The notes below the pieces were generated by a model. It worked only from the letters and a program-made list of their open reading frames with translations, ran no database searches and had not been told where the DNA came from. Shown here in pieces: positions 20,354-30,156 of a DNA stretch of 64,000 nt; the first letter of the stretch is position 1; each line of letters starts with the position of its first letter. Both the position numbers and the translations under genes were made by a program. The DNA lies in the NCBI GenBank assembly GCA_965223905.1, contig CBDCXV010000011.1:1024001-1088000 (forward strand), read 5' to 3'. This stretch comes from Candidatus Latescibacterota bacterium. Lineage in GTDB: Bacteria; Latescibacterota; UBA2968; UBA8231.

Positions 20354-20673
20354 GATGATCGCCTCCTCTGATAGTCCCGCGTCGCCTTCCGGCTGGGGAT
20401 AATTGTCTTCAGGAACCTCGTGCCGTCAGCGCCAATCACGAACGGCACGAGGTGGAGGTACCGTTCGATGTCCACGACGTAGATCATCTGTCCCGGATAC
20501 CGCTCCTGATTTGGGTGTTCCAACACGTCCACAAGACCGCCTCGCTCGATCGCAGAGACGACGCGCTCGAATGAGACTCCCCGCTGCTCAGCGAGTTGTC
20601 GGTTCTTCTCCAGGTTCCAATCGAAGCCGGCAGTCACGTTTCCGATCTTCATCCATTGTGTGCATTTTGTCAA
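20350..20673 (-). CDS. brnT: BrnT-like toxin (start probably 20652 or later)
   Basis: FDWNLEKN..L...RGVSFE; HPNQERYPGQ; FLKTIIPSRKAT. Confidence 0.85.
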   Translation of the reverse strand: MTKCTQWMKIGNVTAGFDWNLEKNRQLAEQRGVSFERVVSAIERGGLVDVLEHPNQERYPGQMIYVVDIERYLHLVPFVIGADGTRFLKTIIPSRKATRDYQRRRSS

Positions 20674-20862
20674 CAGCCTTGGGCCCCGGAGGTCCGCATC
20701 CCAACCGGGTCAACCCTGGGGTGGAGCACATTATTCATTATCATTCAGCCGGATCATCAGCCGGTCATCAACAGAAGTGGAAACCGGCCCGGAAATCTCG
20801 GGCTCAAGACAGGTGATCGCGTCATCGTCAACCCCATGGCAACCCGGTAAAGGAGACGTTCC

Positions 20863-21708
20863 ATGTCAGATGAGAGCGGTGCGAAATCCGCGGAGACAGT
20901 TCGACAACAGGTCAACGTCTTTGCTCCGACATGTCTCGATATCTGGCTGAACGAGCCCAGGAACGCTCCCGAAAGCAGGGCACCCGCCAACCTCCTGCGC
21001 CTGTGGTTTCCCGAATCGATCATGGCCTATGACTCCAATGACAATCTGCTCTGGGAGTACACGTTCGAAACGCGGAGTGCCTCGTGGCGGTACGTGAACC
21101 AGTCGATCGGCGACATGAAGAGCGGGCGGGCGATCCGCAAAGTCCTCGAAAGCGTCGACACCGCCGATGGACTCGCCCTTGTCGCCTGCAAAGCCCGGTG
21201 GCGGGAAACCGATATCGACCTCACCCTGAGAATCACCAATGTCGGTCCGATCGCATGGTCGCGCCTGGAAACCAGCATCTGCCTCCAGCGTCCCGCGGCA
21301 CCGGACTACCTGGACGAAGCCGATACCCGGACGTATCTGGTCAGCGACGAGGGATTCGTCGCCAGTGCGGAGCTCGAGTTCCCCCCGCGTCGCAGGATGG
21401 TGTATGCCTGGGTGGGTGAAGAGCTTCCCGTGAGGAAGGGAGCCGGGCGCCGGCTGGTGGATCCCGCCCTTTTCGTGGTCTCAAAAGACGGGCGCTATGT
21501 GCTCGGGTATGCCTGGCAGCAGACGCGGCGGCTCTTTCTCAACCGGGCCGGATGCGTCAAATGCCTTCATTCCGACCCCGAATTCGGCCCTTCCGAGCCT
21601 CAGCACCAGCAGCAGCGACAGGGTATCGTATTCGTGAACGAGGGGACGCTCGAAGATGCGTACCGGCGCTACTGCGCGTGGAACGACAGGAGCGACCCGC
21701 CGACATAG
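20863..21708 (+). CDS. Hypothetical protein
   Basis: 281-aa ORF with AAGGAG RBS, upstream of the amidase. Confidence 0.7.
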   Translation: MSDESGAKSAETVRQQVNVFAPTCLDIWLNEPRNAPESRAPANLLRLWFPESIMAYDSNDNLLWEYTFETRSASWRYVNQSIGDMKSGRAIRKVLESVDTADGLALVACKARWRETDIDLTLRITNVGPIAWSRLETSICLQRPAAPDYLDEADTRTYLVSDEGFVASAELEFPPRRRMVYAWVGEELPVRKGAGRRLVDPALFVVSKDGRYVLGYAWQQTRRLFLNRAGCVKCLHSDPEFGPSEPQHQQQRQGIVFVNEGTLEDAYRRYCAWNDRSDPPT

Positions 21709-21724
21709 GCGAGGAGGAACAGTA

Positions 21725-23149
21725 ATGGCGGACGAACGGCTGGCATACGAACCGGCGACGGAATTGCTGAAGCTGATCGCGACGAAACAGGTCTCTCCCG
21801 TCGAGCTGGCGGAAATGTTCTTCGACCGTATAGCCCGTCTCGACCCGCGGATCGACTCCTTCCTCCTGGTGACCCGGGACCTTGCGTTGAAGCAGGCGCA
21901 CGCGGCGGAGGACGCCGTGATGCGGGGGGACAAGCTCGGCGCGCTGCACGGCCTGCCGGTTCCCATCAAGGACACGCAGATGACCGCGGGCGTGCGGACG
22001 ACCATGGGGTCCGTCGTGCACGAGGACCGGGTACCCGAGCGGAACGCCGCCGTCGTCGAGCGCGTCCTGAACGCCGGGGCGGTGATGCTGGGCAAGACCA
22101 ACGTGCCGGAGTTCGGAATGGTGGGCACGTGCGAAAACTCCCTGGGTGTGCTGGGCAGCAACCCCTGGGATACCGACCGGACCCCCGGAGGGTCGAGCGG
22201 CGGAGCCGCGGCGGCCGTGGCTGCATGCCTGTGCCCGGCGGCAACCGGAAGCGACGGCGGCGGATCGCTGCGGATACCGGCCAACTTCTGCGGCATCTAC
22301 GCCATCAAGCCGACGCAGGGTCGAGTGTCTGGTTACACCGGACTCGGCGGACCTCCGCTGCCGAACATCTTCTCCCAGTCCGGCCCGTTGACGCGGACGG
22401 TTGGCGACGCGGGGCTGCTGCTCCAGGTCATGGCCGGATTCGACCGCCGAGACCAGGCCTCCATCCGGCAGACTCCGCCCGACTTCATGGCGGCGACCGA
22501 GCGGGATATCGACGGACTTCGGATCGGTTGGAGCGCCGATTTCGGGTTCGCACCGGTCTTTCCCGAGGTCGTCGAGGTCACCTGCAGGGCCGCGATGGTA
22601 TTCGAGGAGCTTGGCTGCGCCGTCGAGGAGATGGACATGGTTCTCCCCGAGCCGTACGACTCGTTCGGGCCAGTCCAGGCGGCGGGTTCGTACAACAGCC
22701 TTGCACAGTACCTGGAAGAGTACGGCGACCGGATGACGGAGTTCGCGCGCTTCTATATCGAGATGGGGTCCAGGGTAACGACCGGCGACTACCTACGCGC
22801 CGAAGGGCGCATTGCCGAGCTGAAGGCCACGTTCGACGACGCCTTCGAGACGTACGATCTCATCATGTCGCCCGTGTCCTGCTTCCCCGCCTTCCCGAAC
22901 GAGACCTTCCCGGGCAGCATCACCGGGAGATCGTCGTTTCCCGTGCAGTACTGGAACGGGACGTTCACGATGCACGCCAACGCCACCGGCAACCCGGCCG
23001 CGTCGGTGCCCGCGGGTTTCTCACCCGACGGCCTGCCTGTAGGACTTCAGATTATCGGGCGCAGATGCGACGAGGAGACGGTGCTCGCCGCATCTGCGGC
23101 GTTCGAGCGCGCGCGTCCGTGGACCGGGCGCAGGCCGCCCGTGTCCTGA
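21725..23149 (+). CDS. Amidase signature family protein
   Basis: PIKD, GKTNVPEFG, TPGGSSGG, GSDGGGSLRIPA; GAGGAGG RBS. Confidence 0.93.
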   Translation: MADERLAYEPATELLKLIATKQVSPVELAEMFFDRIARLDPRIDSFLLVTRDLALKQAHAAEDAVMRGDKLGALHGLPVPIKDTQMTAGVRTTMGSVVHEDRVPERNAAVVERVLNAGAVMLGKTNVPEFGMVGTCENSLGVLGSNPWDTDRTPGGSSGGAAAAVAACLCPAATGSDGGGSLRIPANFCGIYAIKPTQGRVSGYTGLGGPPLPNIFSQSGPLTRTVGDAGLLLQVMAGFDRRDQASIRQTPPDFMAATERDIDGLRIGWSADFGFAPVFPEVVEVTCRAAMVFEELGCAVEEMDMVLPEPYDSFGPVQAAGSYNSLAQYLEEYGDRMTEFARFYIEMGSRVTTGDYLRAEGRIAELKATFDDAFETYDLIMSPVSCFPAFPNETFPGSITGRSSFPVQYWNGTFTMHANATGNPAASVPAGFSPDGLPVGLQIIGRRCDEETVLAASAAFERARPWTGRRPPVS

Positions 23150-23206
23150 GGCGTTGACACTCGGCCATGGGAGGAGCCTGCGCGCTTCCCTTTGCCCGCC
23201 TTGACC

Positions 23207-23584
23207 TCACCGCCGGTGGGCATCGATCTGGCGCGCGACCTCGAGCGCAAACCGGCGCGCGACGTCCAACAAGCTGCGCAACTCATCCCCCGTCGGGGCG
23301 ACCTCGTACGGGTGGTGGTGACAGGTACGACTCAGATCGGACCACGCGGCGAAGGTCTCGTGCGCCAGGTCGCGGTCCCTCAGGTAGACTGTAAGGCACA
23401 GCAGTTGCGCGCGCCCGCTGCAGCGCTCCAGGCCCGGCTCACGCAGGGCCCAGTATTGCCGCAGTGCTTCCTCGATTGCGTGTCGACCGAGAACCGCTAC
23501 GACCCGCGGCCAGCCGTGCGCGGCGCTGCTACGCTCGGTTCCCGCCAGCGCGTCCGCCGCTTCGAGAATTTCGACGGGTGTCAT
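23207..23584 (-). CDS. Small HEPN-like protein
   Basis: N-terminal RHAIEEAL helix and C-terminal LSRTCHHH (Rx4H). Confidence 0.55.
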   Translation of the reverse strand: MTPVEILEAADALAGTERSSAAHGWPRVVAVLGRHAIEEALRQYWALREPGLERCSGRAQLLCLTVYLRDRDLAHETFAAWSDLSRTCHHHPYEVAPTGDELRSLLDVARRFALEVARQIDAHRR

Positions 23585-23606
23585 TGGCGCTTACTACTTG
23601 CTACTG

Positions 23607-26081
23607 CTAATGGTTGCCCAGCCATCTCGTCAGACGTTCGGTCGAGCCAACCATCGACGAGATGTCCGGCAGGGTACCGTCGGCGCCCCCATGCGTTGCA
23701 CGGTTTGCCCATTTGACGGCATCGGCCCAAGCCCGGTCGGAACTGTTGATTCGGGCCAGCACCTCCCCTGCGCGCCCGACGTCGTCGAACAGAGCGAGCG
23801 CCAGTTTCTGCATCAGCGTACGCGCGTCGTTCAGCACCTCGTCCGTGTCGGCGTGCGGCTCACCGCGCCCGATACGCCGCCGACGGACGACTTCCGTGCA
23901 CGCCGCTTCGATGGCCAGACGGCAGAACAACGGTACGGCTCGCGCCGCAGCTCCCGACGGAAGATTGTCGGTATGCTGGAGCGCGCGGGCATCGCTCAGG
24001 TACTGAGTAACCGGGTCACTGATGCTTCGGCACGCCACCTCCGAGCCCGATTGTCGCGTAACTTCGATCACTTGTGCCGGAATCTGCAGCCGACGAACCG
24101 ATTCCGGGAGTCGCTCGTCGTGCGTAAAGACCACGACCTGCCGCTCTTCCCCTACCATGGAGAGTACGCGCGCCAGACCGTCAACCTTGCCCGGGTCCAT
24201 TGCCTGCACCGGATCGTCGATCACGACAAAGCCGAAGGGGGACTCTGGCAGCAGCACCCGCGGCAGGAACAGGCTCAGTGCAAGCGCGTGGATCTCCCCC
24301 TGACTCATCACGCCGAGTGCCTGACCGTCGGTTCCGTCGACGCTGACGTCCAGAACAAGGTGACGTCGGGTCGCGGCACCTTCGAGCTTCAGATGGTCGA
24401 GCCTTACGCTGCTGTTCTGCCTGAGCGACTCCCACACAGCCGCGGCCCCGTCCGCGATCGGACGAAATCGTTCGGCCCTGATCCGGTCGGTCTCCGAGTT
24501 GAGCCAATCCTCCGCGCGGCGCAGGTCGGGAACGGTCCCGGCCGCTCGCGCCGCGTCACGTGCTGCGGGCAGCCAACCGCGCAAGGTAGCGACGAGCGGA
24601 CGCCAAGCTTCCTCCATGCGTTCCAACGCGGCGGCGGCCTGCTCTCGAAGCGAGTCCGCGGCGGCGGCGAGATTGTGGTGCTCCGCTTCCAGGTGTTCGA
24701 TCAGGAGGTCGTCTGCTATGTCGTGCGGGAGATTTGCCCAGCGTTCCCAGGCTCCCAGCAGTCCGGTCGTGTCGACCCCGGCCGTGTCGTCACGCCCCAG
24801 TATTCTCGGCGGCCCGGTCAGCAGGGCCTGTGCATTGCGGCGCGCACCGGTGAGCGCCCGCTGAGCCTCGTCCGCGGCGGCCGCCTCCGTACGCAAACGC
24901 CGAACTTCCGCTTCGGTCCGCGAACGCCATGAGCCGGTCAACTCACCGGAGCCGCAGACCGGGCATGGCTGATCTCCATGCGTCGCGTGTAAGGCAAGTG
25001 AGCGGTCAAGAAGATCGGCGATCTGCCGGGCGCGGCCGGCATCGGTCTGCTCGGCGGCCCGCGCCGCTTCTACTGCCGCGCGCAACTTTGCCGCCACAGC
25101 CTCTACTTCTTCGGCGCCCGGAACCGCAAGGGCGGCAAGTCCGCGTAGCAGGGCGATCACGCCATCGCCCTCCGGTTCGACTGCGCCTTCCAGGACCAAC
25201 TCGACGGCGTCGAGATCCCACGTGCCAACCCTCGGCTTGCTGATCGCCTCCGCACAGGTCCGCGCCCGTTCATCGTCGAGTTCTTCGAACTGGGAGAACC
25301 ACTCGCGCCGTTCGTTCTCCGCTCCGCGAACCTGTTTGTCCCGCTCGAGTCTTCGCTCGCGCAGCCGCTGGCGCGCGTCGACCAGCACCTCGAGACCCAA
25401 GGCGGCCGACATCATATCGTACAGCTCGGTCGGTCGGTAGTCGGGGATTGATCCCAGTTCGTTGTAGGGGAGAAACGGGCGATAGGTCTTGATGACCTCG
25501 TCCCAGCCGAGCGCGGCGCGGGCATTGTCTTCCTGGACGCCGCCGACACTGTCGGCTCCGGCACCCAAATCCGCGGCGGGAGACCATTCCCGTCGTACGG
25601 TAAGCGGCTGTCGCCGGCCCTCGACCGAAAGCGTCGCCTCGATGGCCACCTGCCCCGTCCAGTGCAGGTTGCGCCACCCCTCCTTCCAGACCGCCGATTT
25701 GTCCTCCCACCGGCGGTTCTGGCCCGTCAGCAACAGCTCCAGCGCTTCGGCGAAGCTCGATTTGCCGCTACCGTTGCGACCCACAACCAGCGTAAGGCCG
25801 GGACCCGGGGTAATCCGCAGGTCGCAAACGGGGCCGATGCCACGGAATCCCTGGACAGAAATGATATCGAGGTACGCACGTCCCGCCGACGCGTGAACTG
25901 GTTCAGTCTCCGCAGCCGATGGTGCCTCCGAATCGCCGGCGGCCTCGAACAGGGCCCGTTCCAGCGCCGCGTCTCCCTCAAGTGCCGCGAGCACCAACAA
26001 CCCAGCCGCAACATCAAGCTCTTCGTCCGCATCCACCCGTGCGCGGACCTGAGCGGTCAGTGCGCTATAGATATTCGACAT
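23607..26081 (-). CDS. Rad50/SMC-like ABC ATPase with zinc hook and HEPN-like C-terminus (RloC-like architecture)
   Basis: Walker A GRNGSGKSS, coiled coil with CPVC, signature MSQGE, Walker B VVIDDPVQAMD, FTHD, then RLAIEAAC...NRATH. Confidence 0.85.
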   Translation of the reverse strand: MSNIYSALTAQVRARVDADEELDVAAGLLVLAALEGDAALERALFEAAGDSEAPSAAETEPVHASAGRAYLDIISVQGFRGIGPVCDLRITPGPGLTLVVGRNGSGKSSFAEALELLLTGQNRRWEDKSAVWKEGWRNLHWTGQVAIEATLSVEGRRQPLTVRREWSPAADLGAGADSVGGVQEDNARAALGWDEVIKTYRPFLPYNELGSIPDYRPTELYDMMSAALGLEVLVDARQRLRERRLERDKQVRGAENERREWFSQFEELDDERARTCAEAISKPRVGTWDLDAVELVLEGAVEPEGDGVIALLRGLAALAVPGAEEVEAVAAKLRAAVEAARAAEQTDAGRARQIADLLDRSLALHATHGDQPCPVCGSGELTGSWRSRTEAEVRRLRTEAAAADEAQRALTGARRNAQALLTGPPRILGRDDTAGVDTTGLLGAWERWANLPHDIADDLLIEHLEAEHHNLAAAADSLREQAAAALERMEEAWRPLVATLRGWLPAARDAARAAGTVPDLRRAEDWLNSETDRIRAERFRPIADGAAAVWESLRQNSSVRLDHLKLEGAATRRHLVLDVSVDGTDGQALGVMSQGEIHALALSLFLPRVLLPESPFGFVVIDDPVQAMDPGKVDGLARVLSMVGEERQVVVFTHDERLPESVRRLQIPAQVIEVTRQSGSEVACRSISDPVTQYLSDARALQHTDNLPSGAAARAVPLFCRLAIEAACTEVVRRRRIGRGEPHADTDEVLNDARTLMQKLALALFDDVGRAGEVLARINSSDRAWADAVKWANRATHGGADGTLPDISSMVGSTERLTRWLGNH

Positions 26082-26394
26082 GCGCCACCATTTCTTCCGC
26101 TTCCAATACCTGATATATCAACATCAAACCACGAACGATCTCACCAGTCGTATTTTCTTGAGAAGAATAAACAATTCCTTGATGGTCAGCTCCCGCAGTT
26201 GCAAGATGAAGGAAGTCATCATCCAGAGTGAAGATGACCCGTCCTTCTTCCTTGGCCCTCCTTAACAGTTCTTCGTCAGACTCTCCAAGCGTTCCCGCTT
26301 CAGGAACAGTCTGCACATCTACACCTCTTCGACGTAGCCCCATCACAACAGCTTTTGAGACATTCTCATCCGTGTAAAACTTAATCTTCGCCAT
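26065..26394 (-). CDS. DUF5615 PIN-like (VapC45-type) toxin
   Basis: FYTDENV, D.ELL..A..EGRVIFTLDDDF. Confidence 0.85.
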   Translation of the reverse strand: MAKIKFYTDENVSKAVVMGLRRRGVDVQTVPEAGTLGESDEELLRRAKEEGRVIFTLDDDFLHLATAGADHQGIVYSSQENTTGEIVRGLMLIYQVLEAEEMVAHVEYL

Positions 26395-26704
26395 GTTGAG
26401 CAAGTTCTTGAAGCTTTTTATGAAGCTTCGAGGAAGACCGTTGGCGTAACGAATTAACAAATGCTCGACTCTCTTCGAGCGACTGGTCGATCTCCTCCCG
26501 GTGATCGAAATAGTAAGCCAACGCGGCATATACATCCGCCAAGGTTATGTCGTAGTCGCTGGCAATTTCGTCGGCGGTTTTTCCCATGCGCTCGTGCCAG
26601 ATGACGATGTTCTCCACGGTGATTCTGTGACCGGCAATGCGAGGTCTTCCGCCTGATATACCGGGGGTGATCTCGATATGTTGATTCAAGGTTTCCGTTG
26701 TCAT
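26381..26704 (-). CDS. DUF433 antitoxin
   Basis: ITPGISGGRPRIAGHRITV, ADVYAALAYY. Confidence 0.9.
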   Translation of the reverse strand: MTTETLNQHIEITPGISGGRPRIAGHRITVENIVIWHERMGKTADEIASDYDITLADVYAALAYYFDHREEIDQSLEESRAFVNSLRQRSSSKLHKKLQELAQHGED

Positions 26705-26733
26705 TTCAAATCTCCTCTTTGCTTGGGCCCAGG

Positions 26734-27057
26734 TTATTGATCTTTCAGAGCCGCCATAAAACCTGCTCCGCTAGTGCATGTTCCCCCCGTGCTCGAAGCG
26801 AGTGCCCCGTCGTGGATCATTATGGTCCAGCGAAGCCCCTGGAACGACGCCACGAGATCTTTGAACAACATGTCCAGGCGTTCCAGTTCTTCGAAGACCT
26901 CGGCTCCAAATGCGTCCGGCCCCCCATTTTTCTGCAATGACTCCCGGATCTCGCGCAGTCCTTCTCTTTCCTTGCGGAAGTACTCCTCGCTTTGCTCCAG
27001 CGCAGGAACGGCTATGTCGTCCGGGTCCATCTCAAGGCCCGCAGGAAGGAACCTCAT
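26734..27057 (-). CDS. Hypothetical protein translationally coupled to hsdR
   Basis: ATGA overlap with hsdR stop; 107 aa, helical. Confidence 0.55.
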   Translation of the reverse strand: MRFLPAGLEMDPDDIAVPALEQSEEYFRKEREGLREIRESLQKNGGPDAFGAEVFEELERLDMLFKDLVASFQGLRWTIMIHDGALASSTGGTCTSGAGFMAALKDQ

Positions 27058-30000
27058 CCCGCGGCCGCCTGCTCGTAGGCGAGGCCGAACACCGTATCGG
27101 CCATCCAGCGCTTGAAGCCCGGGTCGTCCATGAATTTCTTGAACAGCTGGGCGTCGTCCTTCATCACCGAATTCATGACCCGGATCAGCACCTTGTCCCC
27201 CTCGATACGGGTGTTCTCTCGATCCGAGTTCTGCCGGGCATTGCGGAAGGCGGTGTCCGCGGCCACCCGGGTGGGAATGGTCTCGGTGATGAGCTGTCCT
27301 ACCCGGTCGGCGTCGTCCCAGTCGGTGGCCCAGTGCTCGTTGAACGTCCTGAGGATGTTCGACAGCCGATCCAGCTCCGGCTCGGTGAGGCTGCCTCCGC
27401 CGGCAGCCGGCACCGGATCGACCTCGGCGTCCTCGTCCGCCAGCAGGATCTTCTGCATCGCCTGCTTCTCGACCCGGTAGCTGTCGAGGTCGATGGCGTC
27501 GAGGATGCCCTTCGACAGATCCTCTTCCTCGGGGGCCGGCAGCTTCGGGATCAGGAGGTTCAGGAAGATCGAGCGCTTCTCCCACCCGGGGTCGTTGTAG
27601 GGAAGCACGGACGACAGAAAGGCATAGGTGCGCGCGAATCCCTTGGCGTTCCCCTTGAACCGCACCTGTCCGTCCTCGTCCAGATCGCTCTTGTAGACGG
27701 CCACGCAGGCGTCGAGGATCGGGTCGAGCTGATCGCGCTCGGCCCCTCCCAGATAGCGCCGCACCAAATCGTCGACCTGCTCTTCGGAATAGACCTGGGC
27801 CCCGTCGAGGTCCGCCTGCAGGTCGTGCAGCTTGTCGGGGTCGGTCTCGTCGGCCAGGATGGTGGCGCGGTAGTAGTCGGCGAACGCCTCACTCATGGTG
27901 TCGGCGTCGTTGAAGAAATCGAGCACGAACACGTCGTGCTTCCTGGGATGAGCCCGGTTGAGGCGGGACAGGGTCTGCACCGCCTTGATGCCGGACAGGG
28001 TCTTGTCGACGTACATCGTGTGCAGCAGCGGTTCGTCGTACCCGGTCTGGAACTTGTCGGCGCAGACCAGGAAGCGGTAGGGATCCTCCTGGAACTGCGC
28101 GGCGATCTTTACCGAAGGGAAGCCGTTCAGCGACGCCTCGCTGACCTTTTCCCCGCCGAACTCGTGCTCACCGGAGAAGGCGACGAGAGCCTGGTAGCGG
28201 CTCTTGCGCTGCTGCAGGTAGTCGCGGATCGCGTGGTAGTACTGGATCGCCCGCTCGATGCCGTTGGTCACCACCATCGCCCGCGCCGCGCCGCCGATCT
28301 TGTTCTGCGCCAGCACCTGGTCGTGGAAGTGGTCGACCATGATCTCGGCCTTGAGCCCGATCGCGTGGCCGCTCCCCTCGACGAAGCGGCGCAGCTTCTT
28401 CTGCGCCTTCCTGACGTCGAACTCCGGGTCCTCCTCTACCGTCTTGGCGAGCTTGTAGTAGCTGTTCACCGGCATGTAGTGGGAGAGCACGTCGAGGATG
28501 AACCCCTCCTGGATCGCCTGCTTCATGGTGTAGCTGTGGAAGGCGTGGTGCCTGATTGTGCCGTCGGCCTGCGGGTCCGGGGCGCCGAAGATCTCCAGGG
28601 TCTTGTTCTTGGGGGTGGCGGTGAAGGCGAAGTAGCTGGCGTTGGGCAGCAGCTTGCGCGACTCCATCAGGCGGTTGATGCGGTCCTCGAAGGTCTCCCC
28701 CTCCTCCTCTTCCCCTGCCTCGGAGAGCGCCCGCGCCATGGCCGCGCTGGTTTGGCCGCCCTGGCTGGAGTGGGCCTCGTCGATGATGATGGCGAAGCTG
28801 CGCCGGCGCTGCTCGTTGCCGATCTCGTCGAGGATGAACGGGAACTTCTGGATCGTCGAGATGATGATCTTCTTGCCGCTCTCGATGAAGCGGCGCAGGT
28901 CGCCGGAGCGGTCGGCGTGCCCCATCGTCGCCGACACCTGCGAATACTGCCGGATCGTGTCGCTGATCTGCTTGTCGAGGATGAGGCGGTCGGTGACGAC
29001 GATGATGGAGTCGAAGGCCGGGGCGCCGTCCCGGGCCAGCCCGATCAGCTGGTGGGCCAGCCAGGCGATGGAGTTGCTCTTGCCGCTTCCGGCCGAGTGC
29101 TGGATCAGGTAACGACCGCCCGCGCCGTGGTCACCTGCGTCGGCCAGCAGGCGGCGCACCACGTCGAGCTGATGGTAGCGCGGCCAGACCTGGGTCCGCT
29201 TCCTCCTGCCCGTCTTCTCGTCCTTCGACTCCACCACCTGGGCGTAGTTCTCCAGGATGTCGGTCAGGCTCTCCCGGCTCAGCACCTCCCGCCACAGGTA
29301 GCCGGCCTTGATGCCGCTGGCGTTGGGCGGGTTGCCGGCGCCGTCGTTCCAGCCGCGGTTGAAGGGAAGGAACCAGGAGGCCTTGCCGCTGAGGTGGGTG
29401 CAGAACTGGACCTCGCTCTCGTCCACCGCGAAGTGGGCGACGCAGCGGCCCAGCTCGAACAGCTTCTCGCGCGGGTTGCGGTCGCGCTGATACTGCTGGA
29501 CGGCGTCGTCGACGGTCTGCTTGGTGAGGCTGTTCTTCAGCTCGAAGGTGAAGACCGGCAGGCCGTTGACGAACAGCCCGATGTCGAGCGCCCGCTGGGT
29601 CTCGTCGCGGCTGTAGCGCAGCTGGCGGGTGACCGTGAAGCGGTTCTGCCTGAAGCGCTCCTGCGCTTCCGGGTTGTCGGCCGAGGGGGTGCCGTAGAAC
29701 AGGTCGAGGTCGTGCGCCCCGTGCCGGATGCCGTGGCGCAGCACGTCGATGCTGCCGCGCTTGCTGATCTCACCCTGGAGCCGGGCCAGGAACCGCCGGC
29801 GCGTAGGGCCGGCCTCGGGCAAGGCGAGGGATTCTGCTGCTTCGGGCTGGGTGGCGCGCAGGAAGGCGGAGAGCTGGGCCAGGTCGACGCAGTACTCGCG
29901 GTCGTAGTCGTGGTAGTTGCCGCCGGCCCAACCGACTCCGCCGTAGCTGGCAGGGGGCTCGCCCGCGGTGGGACCCGGGGGCGGGTCGCAGGGATGGCCG

Positions 30001-30065
30001 GCCAGCGCGCTGCAGATGAGGCGTTCGAGGCCGCGTTCGGAGGTGTCGGTGGTCCTAACGGTCAT
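27054..30065 (-). CDS. hsdR: Type I restriction endonuclease subunit R
   Basis: D...FVNGLPVFTFELKN nuclease motif, HSAGSGKS, DEAH, FTATP, KFQTGYDEP, QTLSRLNR; GGAGG RBS. Confidence 0.96.
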   Translation of the reverse strand: MTVRTTDTSERGLERLICSALAGHPCDPPPGPTAGEPPASYGGVGWAGGNYHDYDREYCVDLAQLSAFLRATQPEAAESLALPEAGPTRRRFLARLQGEISKRGSIDVLRHGIRHGAHDLDLFYGTPSADNPEAQERFRQNRFTVTRQLRYSRDETQRALDIGLFVNGLPVFTFELKNSLTKQTVDDAVQQYQRDRNPREKLFELGRCVAHFAVDESEVQFCTHLSGKASWFLPFNRGWNDGAGNPPNASGIKAGYLWREVLSRESLTDILENYAQVVESKDEKTGRRKRTQVWPRYHQLDVVRRLLADAGDHGAGGRYLIQHSAGSGKSNSIAWLAHQLIGLARDGAPAFDSIIVVTDRLILDKQISDTIRQYSQVSATMGHADRSGDLRRFIESGKKIIISTIQKFPFILDEIGNEQRRRSFAIIIDEAHSSQGGQTSAAMARALSEAGEEEEGETFEDRINRLMESRKLLPNASYFAFTATPKNKTLEIFGAPDPQADGTIRHHAFHSYTMKQAIQEGFILDVLSHYMPVNSYYKLAKTVEEDPEFDVRKAQKKLRRFVEGSGHAIGLKAEIMVDHFHDQVLAQNKIGGAARAMVVTNGIERAIQYYHAIRDYLQQRKSRYQALVAFSGEHEFGGEKVSEASLNGFPSVKIAAQFQEDPYRFLVCADKFQTGYDEPLLHTMYVDKTLSGIKAVQTLSRLNRAHPRKHDVFVLDFFNDADTMSEAFADYYRATILADETDPDKLHDLQADLDGAQVYSEEQVDDLVRRYLGGAERDQLDPILDACVAVYKSDLDEDGQVRFKGNAKGFARTYAFLSSVLPYNDPGWEKRSIFLNLLIPKLPAPEEEDLSKGILDAIDLDSYRVEKQAMQKILLADEDAEVDPVPAAGGGSLTEPELDRLSNILRTFNEHWATDWDDADRVGQLITETIPTRVAADTAFRNARQNSDRENTRIEGDKVLIRVMNSVMKDDAQLFKKFMDDPGFKRWMADTVFGLAYEQAAAG

Positions 30066-30156
30066 ACCTGCCTCCTCCGACCAGACCATTCAATCACGTG
30101 TAAGTCCGTCGTAGTCCTGCCGGTTGGACCAGTCCCTTTTAGAGTGCTGGGACTTT

